A DNA stretch of 62,981 nucleotides, the filler included, from an uncultured Methanosarcinales archaeon (lineage in GTDB: Archaea; Nanobdellota; Nanobdellia; Woesearchaeales; CAYNLP01), in NCBI GenBank assembly GCA_964398115.1. It is 4 parts of 4 records of this genome, joined end to end, with 100 filler letters (N's around TTAATTAATTAA, not from the genome) between each part and the next. Parts side by side here need not be neighbours in the genome. Positions count along the whole stretch, not along the records: positions 47,612 to 62,981 come from CAYNLP010000024.1; 3 more parts are not named here. One strand, 5' to 3'. How positions within the stretch are numbered: position 1 is the first letter of the stretch; every line of letters starts with the position of its first letter. Of this stretch, positions 56,376 through 62,981 are shown piece by piece. Below the pieces are notes generated by a model. That model worked only from the letters and a program-made list of their open reading frames with translations, made no database searches and was not told the DNA's origin. The position numbers and the translations under genes are program-made.

Positions 56376-56870
56376 CTAGTAACCAGCCGCGTCCTTCCAT
56401 TCCTCATCAATCTTTAATTCTTTTGCAATCCTTTCTTCCAACTTATTCAAAGGCTTAGCCAGGTCTTTCAATTTTAGTTCAGCCTCTTTCTTACTCTTTA
56501 TCTCCTTCAGAACTAACAAACGCTTAAACTTTTCCAACGCCTCAGCGTATTCTCTCGCGGAAGATGCAATGTCCCGATCGAATGTATTCGCACTATTTTT
56601 CAATTGCTTTTCCAAATTTTCAGCAACTTCAATCTCTTCATTAATCAAAGAAAATACTTTAGGAGCTCTAGACTTCATATTGTCAGTTCCAAGCTCATCG
56701 CTATGAGTGTGTATCAATGATTTGAGTTTATCGAAAAATTCAACCCTTTCATTCAAAAGCTCATGCAGACTTTCAATTTTTTCTCTAAGCCTTCGATTAA
56801 TTTGCTTATCTGATTTTTTAATGGCGGCAGCCATTTTTTCTGCGTGACTTCTAGTAAACATCTTACCCAC
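56376..56870 (-). CDS. Helical hypothetical protein, paralog of 56917-57396
   Basis: Charged all-helical ORF that aligns by eye with its neighbour. Confidence 0.65.
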   Translation of the reverse strand: MGKMFTRSHAEKMAAAIKKSDKQINRRLREKIESLHELLNERVEFFDKLKSLIHTHSDELGTDNMKSRAPKVFSLINEEIEVAENLEKQLKNSANTFDRDIASSAREYAEALEKFKRLLVLKEIKSKKEAELKLKDLAKPLNKLEERIAKELKIDEEWKDAAGY

Positions 56871-56916
56871 TTTTTTGATAAGACTTTTATATAAACTTTT
56901 CCGAAAAATCAGGGTT

Positions 56917-57396
56917 TTAACTGACTAAATCCACTATGTCTTTATCAGTTGCTAACTCTAACTCAATCTCATCTCGAACCTGATTCGTTAAGTAAGGACG
57001 GATTTTATTAGCAACTTTTCTCTTAGCCTCCGCAGCGGTTTGCTTCCTATCTTTTTGAAGCGACCGTCTGAAATCAATCAACCTCTTCCTATACTCTAAC
57101 AACACTTCTCCCATGTCCTGAACGTGTCTACTATCAGCCTTTTCCCACTTTTTATAGTCACTAAGGTGTTCTATCTCTTGCCCGATAAAAGATATTAAAG
57201 GGCTTAAAACCGTTTTTGGATTCGGCTTTTTAAACTGGTCTTCATGCTTCTTAATCCTCCTTTCTAACTCTTTCAGAAACTCTAATCTTTTACGATAAAT
57301 ATCTTTCAGATAATTATACTCTTTCTTAGAACCCTCAATGATTTCATTATGTGAATCCAACACCTTATTAGCGTCACTGTCAAACATGGTATACAA
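56917..57396 (-). CDS. Helical hypothetical protein, paralog of 56376-56870
   Basis: Charged all-helical ORF that aligns by eye with its neighbour. Confidence 0.65.
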   Translation of the reverse strand: MYTMFDSDANKVLDSHNEIIEGSKKEYNYLKDIYRKRLEFLKELERRIKKHEDQFKKPNPKTVLSPLISFIGQEIEHLSDYKKWEKADSRHVQDMGEVLLEYRKRLIDFRRSLQKDRKQTAAEAKRKVANKIRPYLTNQVRDEIELELATDKDIVDLVS

Positions 57397-57424
57397 GCAT
57401 TTTAGTTAACTCAATATTTAAACC

Positions 57425-58945
57425 TTACCCCATACCCGCATAACTCTTACTTTCTTCCTCTTCCTCAATCTCATCCTTAACCCATTCATCAAAGAAAGGA
57501 ATACTCAAAGGCAAGGCGAACTTAGCGAAGTTACTACTCACGATCGCTTCACCTTTATCCAAACTCGCGATGTTCCTATCATCAGAACTTAAATCCTGAC
57601 TCGCACTCTCAATAATAGCCTTCCTCTCTGTGTTCATCTCTGTACCCAAAATGATTTTAGTGTTCATATTAGCAAGAATCTCTCTAGGAATCAAACTAGG
57701 AAGCTGTGTGATAGCGCTCAAACCAATATTAAACTTCCTACCCTCTCGAGCAATCGTACTAAAAACATTACTTCCACTCTCCAAAGCATCTTTACCCAAG
57801 ACCCGAGGAGCTTCTTCCAAAACAATACTTACTGCAGGTTTATCTTTCAAATCACCTGTCCTCTTGAAATACTTGTACCTGTTCAACAATTCATTTGCAA
57901 TTAGAGAACCTATCAAGAGTTCAACCTTGCCGGATAAGTTACTCGTGTCAATAATTACAGACTTTTCTGACTCAAGTTCTTGAATTATTGTCGAAATAGT
58001 GGTTTCTCCTTGATCAAGTTTGAAAATGCCATTACAACTAAGTTTTTGATTACTAAAGTTCAAGTCCAATATAGACAACATTTTTCTTTTGAGAACACTA
58101 ACAGTTGCTTCATGAACTTCAACCTCCAGTGGCTTTTGCAAAATTATCGCCTCCAGCCAATCCTTCCCGTACTCTCTATAATAAGCTTGCATCGCGTCTT
58201 TCTGAGCACTGCTAAAATTCAAGAAACCAAAGTGATAGGGTCTTAAAACTTTCATATTAACATTTAAAGTGCGTTCCCCCGGCGGAACGTCCTGACTGGT
58301 ATAATAAACTACGTCACTCTTTCTAGGATGATCTTTCAAACCAACTTCATTCCTACCATAATATTCATCGTGCGGATCGAGAACGAGAGTAGCACAATAA
58401 TCACACTTAGTAGCGTCCCACAACAAATTACTCATTAAAACACTCTTCCCCTTACCAGTGGTCCCAGTAACCAAGATGTGATGTGAAAATACTTTATTTC
58501 CAGGAAGGTAAAGGTCTACATCTATCTCCTTCGTTCCACTTCTCAACTTACCCAAGTAAAGCGGGTTGTCAGGTTCTGTCAAAAACTTCAAATCATCTTC
58601 TCTTACACTACGAACAGTACTGAAAAAATCAGGCAGGCTTTTAGAAGCAATAGCCTCACCATCACCTTTGACAGTGATTAAATTCTTCAAATGTCCAATC
58701 GTGTAATTCCGAAGCTCAGGATCCATAAACTCTAAGTCAGTATTTTCCTCCAACTGCATTCCAGAAATTAATTCCCGATTTTGATCACTAATCTGACTTC
58801 CATAAAGCAAGTCGTAAACCTGCATGATAATCTTTTTATCACTGCTTTCCGCAACTAATAGCTCGCCAAGTTCCAACTCTTCATCAGACTTCTGCCGTAC
58901 TTTTATTTCACCAAACCTGCCAGCTATAACTTGCCCCTTAGTCAT
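57425..58945 (-). CDS. herA: HerA helicase/translocase
   Basis: HAS barrel N-terminus, [41 protein letters not shown]. Confidence 0.92.
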   Translation of the reverse strand: MTKGQVIAGRFGEIKVRQKSDEELELGELLVAESSDKKIIMQVYDLLYGSQISDQNRELISGMQLEENTDLEFMDPELRNYTIGHLKNLITVKGDGEAIASKSLPDFFSTVRSVREDDLKFLTEPDNPLYLGKLRSGTKEIDVDLYLPGNKVFSHHILVTGTTGKGKSVLMSNLLWDATKCDYCATLVLDPHDEYYGRNEVGLKDHPRKSDVVYYTSQDVPPGERTLNVNMKVLRPYHFGFLNFSSAQKDAMQAYYREYGKDWLEAIILQKPLEVEVHEATVSVLKRKMLSILDLNFSNQKLSCNGIFKLDQGETTISTIIQELESEKSVIIDTSNLSGKVELLIGSLIANELLNRYKYFKRTGDLKDKPAVSIVLEEAPRVLGKDALESGSNVFSTIAREGRKFNIGLSAITQLPSLIPREILANMNTKIILGTEMNTERKAIIESASQDLSSDDRNIASLDKGEAIVSSNFAKFALPLSIPFFDEWVKDEIEEEEESKSYAGMG

Positions 58946-59029
58946 ACATGTTCTGAAAGAAATATGACATTATAAAGCTGTTGTTAATATGAGTAAATTT
59001 ATATAGAAAAATCGCCTAAATCACTTGGT

Positions 59030-60235
59030 ATGAACAAAACATTTACAGACATAATAAAACTAGTACTTCCAATATCCGATGAAAAAGAAGAACAGCTAGA
59101 AACATTAAGCCAATTCTTAGGAGAGAAAGACATTGAAGAAATAAAGTACTGGCTTAAAATGGACAAACTCTCAACCAAGACGAAAAAAATTGGAAGTAAA
59201 AACTTAGAAGCAAACGAAGAATACCCGCAGATAAAAATTGAAGCAGAAGATCCAGATCCCGAACTTGAAAACTTGGTGCAAAAATGGAATGAAGAAATCG
59301 AACACGACGTTCAAGAAGAAGTTTTCAAAAAATTCAGCTTACACGCAGGGAGTAAAATTGTAGATGTTATAGCTCCCAACATCATCGGCATGAGAGACGT
59401 GAAAGAAGCTGTCATGCTACAATTATTTGCAAATGAAAGAGTACACGTCTTACTCTTAGGAGATCCAGGAACAGGAAAGACAGATATATTAAGAGCCGCT
59501 GAAGAACTAGCCCCCGTAGCAAGTTTCGGCTTAGGATCCGGTACTAGCGGTGCAGGACTCACCGTGACGGTGAAAGGAAAAGAAACTGTTAAAGGACTCT
59601 TGCCTATGGCAGACGGCGGTTTATGCTGTGTAGATGAACTAAACCTTATGAAAGACAGAGATAGGGCTGGTTTGCTAAACGCGATGGAGAAAGGATTCGT
59701 CAGCTATGACAAAGGCAATAAACACATTCAAGTAGACGCTGATGTCAGAGTCTTAGCAAGTGCTAATCCAAAGGGAGATCAATTTGCAGGATTCCAAATA
59801 GAAACTTTAAAGAAACAACTACCTTTTGACCCAGCCTTGTTGTCAAGATTCCACCTCGTATTCTTGGTTAAGAGGCCTGACACTGAAGAATTTAAAGAAA
59901 TAAGCAAGAAAATAGTGAAAGATGAACGAAAAGAAGTGCCAGAAAAAGACAAGCGATTCGTTAAAGACTACATAAACTACGTGGAAGATATAGACGTGAC
60001 TTTCGACAAAAGCTTGGAGCCGATGATAACAGACTTTGTTGAAAGCGTTAAAGAAAATGAAGAAGAATACTTGATTGACGTCAGCCCACGCCTAGTAGTA
60101 GGGATTATGAGAATGAGCAAAGCAAGTGCAAGAATAAGTATGAGAGATAAAGTTACAGAAACAGATGTTGAAAACGTTATTGAACTTGTGAAGAAAAGTT
60201 TAAAATTAGATAAAGCAAAGAAAAAAGAAAAATAG
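59030..60235 (+). CDS. MCM-family AAA+ ATPase lacking the N-terminal OB/Zn and C-terminal WH domains
   Basis: IAPNIIG...VKEAVMLQLF, HVLLLGDPGTGKT, SGAGLT, ADGGLCCVDE, NAME, ASANP, LLSRF, SPR. Confidence 0.88.
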   Translation: MNKTFTDIIKLVLPISDEKEEQLETLSQFLGEKDIEEIKYWLKMDKLSTKTKKIGSKNLEANEEYPQIKIEAEDPDPELENLVQKWNEEIEHDVQEEVFKKFSLHAGSKIVDVIAPNIIGMRDVKEAVMLQLFANERVHVLLLGDPGTGKTDILRAAEELAPVASFGLGSGTSGAGLTVTVKGKETVKGLLPMADGGLCCVDELNLMKDRDRAGLLNAMEKGFVSYDKGNKHIQVDADVRVLASANPKGDQFAGFQIETLKKQLPFDPALLSRFHLVFLVKRPDTEEFKEISKKIVKDERKEVPEKDKRFVKDYINYVEDIDVTFDKSLEPMITDFVESVKENEEEYLIDVSPRLVVGIMRMSKASARISMRDKVTETDVENVIELVKKSLKLDKAKKKEK

Positions 60236-60246
60236 GTTGAAGGATT

Positions 60247-60639
60247 TTAACCTTCATCAATGCTTTTTGCTCCAGCTCCTCCCAGCATGAGCGCAATTGC
60301 TCCTCCTAAGAGGCCAAAGTCTTTCCAAATAGCTGGTCCCACACTAAATAAAGAATCTCCTGCAAACATACCAGCCAACATGCTAACTGCAAAGAAAACT
60401 GTTAGGATAAGACCGGCTGTTCTAACTTGCCAGCCAACAATTAGCATAATTGACACTATCGCTAAAAGTATACCTAGGGCTATGACGAGACCGCTAGACA
60501 TGAATCCAAGTCCTAGCGCATCCATCATATTTGTGACCTGATTAGTCGCACCGAATTTAGTTTTTACAGACCACAAGAGGGTTAAAGCAACACCAATTCT
60601 TAAAAATAAATTAGCTTTGTCTTCGTTTCCTTCAAACAT
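60247..60639 (-). CDS. DoxX family membrane protein
   Basis: LFLRIGVAL...GWQVRTAG...KDFGLLGGAIALMLGGAGAKSID; SD GGAGG before ATG 60639. Confidence 0.85.
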   Translation of the reverse strand: MFEGNEDKANLFLRIGVALTLLWSVKTKFGATNQVTNMMDALGLGFMSSGLVIALGILLAIVSIMLIVGWQVRTAGLILTVFFAVSMLAGMFAGDSLFSVGPAIWKDFGLLGGAIALMLGGAGAKSIDEG

Positions 60640-60767
60640 AATTATCCAACCTCCTCTTAAACTCTTTTGTTTTAAGAATACCATCTTTAAAATAAATGCT
60701 ATGTTTAACACTAAAATAAATATTTAAACAAATAACTATTTAAAAGAAGATAGCTTCAAAGGAATGT

Positions 60768-61334
60768 ATGGCAGACGTTAGAAGAATACTCGTAATATTC
60801 GTCATAGCAACCTTATTCTCAATATTCGTATTTACAAGCATCGACGCATTCTACCCTAGTCCAGACTATAGCGACTACTGCGAAGAAGATAAATTTGATC
60901 AACCCAAACCCTACAAGCCAAGACCAGACAATTACACATGTCCAGACGTAGAATTTAACGAACAAGCAATGAAAGAATGCAGAGACCGAGGAGGAGAAAT
61001 AAGATACGAACAAAACGAGTACAGTTGCAACATAAACTGGACTTGCAGCATGTGTCAGAAAAACTACAACGAAGCCCGAGAACAACACAACCTATGGAGA
61101 TTCATAATATCTGCAATACTAGGATTAATAGCCATCACAATCGGACTGGTACTTCCTGAAGAGAAGACGATGAATGAATGGGTAGGAAGCGGACTAATGC
61201 TAGGAGGCCTAATCACCATATTTGTAGGGACAGCAATGAGCTTCGGAGACTTACACAGGTGGATAAGGCCGATTATAATACTCTTTGAACTCCTATTAGT
61301 AATATTCCTTGCCTACAAGAAAATGAGCAAATAA
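60768..61334 (+). CDS. Membrane protein with a Cys-rich extracellular loop
   Basis: One N-terminal and three C-terminal TMs; FYPSP.Y...C motif. Confidence 0.7.
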   Translation: MADVRRILVIFVIATLFSIFVFTSIDAFYPSPDYSDYCEEDKFDQPKPYKPRPDNYTCPDVEFNEQAMKECRDRGGEIRYEQNEYSCNINWTCSMCQKNYNEAREQHNLWRFIISAILGLIAITIGLVLPEEKTMNEWVGSGLMLGGLITIFVGTAMSFGDLHRWIRPIIILFELLLVIFLAYKKMSK

Positions 61335-61366
61335 AGAATTTATTAAACAGCCTCACGTATCTTCTA

Positions 61367-62047
61367 ATGATGAAGAAAATAATACTGGTATCGGCGCTCA
61401 TCCTACTCGTATCGTGTCAACTATTGCAACAAACAAATCAAAACAGTAACAAAACGTATGTCCTTAACATAACAAATAACGAAACAACTAAATCAGAAAC
61501 AAAAGTTTCTACCACAGCTGCTGAATCTAAAAAAGTGAACGTGACAGAAAACCAATGGATAGGAATACAAATAGGAAAGAGAGAAATAGTTTTAAGATTT
61601 GAAGGAATACGAGAAAATTCAGCCGTGTTGAAAATGAACGGATCAAATAATGAAGTGACGCTTTACGAAACAATAAACTATGAAGGAGTTAACATAACAG
61701 TCACAAACCTGTGGAAAGACAAAACAACAAAGGAATTAGGCAGCCAAGTAAGATTATGGCTCGGGACAAAAAACGGTGCAATCCCTGACATGTTAGAAGA
61801 AAGACAAAACAACACCTACACGACCGGTGACAAAACTTACAACGTAAGTGTTAAATTCATAGGAGAAGGACAAAACGAGAAACCGCGAGTCTTATTCAAA
61901 ATAAACGGTGAAAACACTAAAACATTAAAAGAAGGCGAAACAACGATGTTAAACCAAAATGAATTTATACTCATAAGAGAAATACTATATCGAGACAACC
62001 CCGTCCGTGTTAACCTGGATAAAGCCGAACTACAAGTGGAGATATAA
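61367..62047 (+). CDS. Putative lipoprotein/surface protein
   Basis: MKK + hydrophobic stretch + LVSC; beta-rich; many N-x-S/T sequons. Confidence 0.65.
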   Translation: MMKKIILVSALILLVSCQLLQQTNQNSNKTYVLNITNNETTKSETKVSTTAAESKKVNVTENQWIGIQIGKREIVLRFEGIRENSAVLKMNGSNNEVTLYETINYEGVNITVTNLWKDKTTKELGSQVRLWLGTKNGAIPDMLEERQNNTYTTGDKTYNVSVKFIGEGQNEKPRVLFKINGENTKTLKEGETTMLNQNEFILIREILYRDNPVRVNLDKAELQVEI

Positions 62048-62356
62048 ATGGAATTAGTCTACACAGTATGTAAAGACGAAAAACAAGCAGAAGAGATAAG
62101 CAGAGTCCTCGTCGATAAAGGACTAGCAGCATGTACCAACTATACCGATATAAAGAGTGTATTCATCTGGGACGGTCTCCAAAAAGAAAACGAAACCGCA
62201 ATGATCATAAAAACAAGAGAAGAAAACGTCCCCGCCGTTTTCGAAAAAGTAAAAGAACTACACACTTACGACACACCAGCCTTATTTTCAATACCAGTAA
62301 ACTTTGTAGAAGACGAATACCACGAATGGATATACAAAGAAACAGAACCAAGTTAA
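62048..62356 (+). CDS. cutA: Divalent-cation tolerance protein CutA
   Basis: GLAAC.N, S.FIWDG, IIKT, LHTYDTP, Y..WI. Confidence 0.93.
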   Translation: MELVYTVCKDEKQAEEISRVLVDKGLAACTNYTDIKSVFIWDGLQKENETAMIIKTREENVPAVFEKVKELHTYDTPALFSIPVNFVEDEYHEWIYKETEPS

Positions 62357-62416
62357 CTTCCCAGAATATTTACTCCTTATACAATAAACTTATAAGTTTT
62401 TCTCACTTAACTAGAT

Positions 62417-62608
62417 ATGAGGGCTTTGGAGATGAAGACAAAAACCAAATTGTTTGAACAAACTGAAGACATCGAAAAGTACTTTTTAGAAGTGGGTTCA
62501 GAAGATCAAGTAAAAATTTTACTGGTTTTGCACCACGCACCTACGCAAACAACTATTGTAGAGAGAATTCTAGAAATTTCTGCTCCAGAAAGTTTCAAGC
62601 AAACATAA
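62417..62608 (+). CDS. Small hypothetical protein
   Basis: 63-aa ORF between cutA and the NUDIX gene. Confidence 0.3.
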   Translation: MRALEMKTKTKLFEQTEDIEKYFLEVGSEDQVKILLVLHHAPTQTTIVERILEISAPESFKQT

Positions 62609-62632
62609 TCCTTTTAGAAAGTGGGTTTTTTG

Positions 62633-62981
62633 ATGAAAGAGGAAAAAAGTTGTGGAGTAGTACTTTATAAAAAAGATAATGGTGTCAAATTCTTAGTTCT
62701 AAAATATGACGCGGGACACTGGGGCTTTCCAAAAGGCCACATGGAAGAAGGGGAAGGAGAAAAAGAGACTGCAAGGAGAGAAACAAGAGAAGAAACAGGC
62801 ATTTCTAACCTACAATTCGTAGAAGGCTTCCGAGAAGTTATCAACTATAAATACAAGCGCAAGGGAGAGCTGAGAAGTAAAAAAGTAATTTTCTTCCTAG
62901 CAGAAACAAAAAAAGACAAAGTAGAATTGTCTCACGAACATAAAAAATATGCTTGGCTAGAATATGATGAAGCAAAAGAAA
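62633..62981 (+). CDS. NUDIX hydrolase, asymmetric Ap4A hydrolase-like; runs off the window edge
   Basis: MKEEKSCGVV...GHWGFPKGHMEEGE..KETARRETREETG...LSHEH. Confidence 0.88.
   Translation, partial: MKEEKSCGVVLYKKDNGVKFLVLKYDAGHWGFPKGHMEEGEGEKETARRETREETGISNLQFVEGFREVINYKYKRKGELRSKKVIFFLAETKKDKVELSHEHKKYAWLEYDEAKE

Noticed and set aside
55130..58945. HerA-based antiphage defence system
   Set aside because: No Sir2/DUF4297-type effector; the HAS barrel and the mre11 neighbour point to the housekeeping repair HerA
1..62981. CRISPR arrays, transposases, integrases, prophage genes
   Set aside because: No regularly spaced repeats, no recombinase/transposase motifs and no duplicated tRNA 3' ends (att sites) seen

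Overview
Archaeal DNA of DPANN type, most likely Woesearchaeota/Nanoarchaeota (inferred from the 16S 5' end TTCCCGTTGATCCTGCGGGA, GatE, ABCE1, OapABC, an intron-containing tRNA and a Glu/Asp-rich proteome that hints at a saline habitat). The window is four contigs joined by artificial N44-TTAATTAATTAA-N44 spacers (15927-16026, 31842-31941, 47512-47611), so gene order across those points is not real. Contig 1 has a glycogen cluster (GT3, GH57, GT4), a Pol II-like PolB, ABCE1, a group of secreted coiled-coil proteins, and tRNA-Cys and tRNA-Arg. Contig 2 has a giant vWA/beta-propeller surface protein, hisS with tRNA-His, a Lon-type protease, gatE, and a membrane-anchored cohesin gene next to a dockerin-bearing protein with several lyase/lectin-like domains. 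Contig 3 has the 16S rRNA 5' end and leader, tRNA-Glu (BHB intron), tRNA-Val, tatD, oapABC, a full iscS-sufBDSUC operon, two class III pilin-like genes and secFD. Contig 4 has gatA, a bacterial-type aspS, argGH, mre11 and herA separated by two paralogous helical genes, an N-terminally truncated MCM-like ATPase, cutA and others. The strongest candidate for a new system is the cohesin-dockerin surface assembly, which carries a repeated uncharacterised jelly-roll domain. Other notable items: ABCE1 that has lost one whole Fe-S cluster, GatE lacking its GAD insertion alongside gatA and a bacterial non-discriminating AspRS, and the MCM-like/HerA/Mre11 locus. All calls come from motif recognition by eye; no searches were run.
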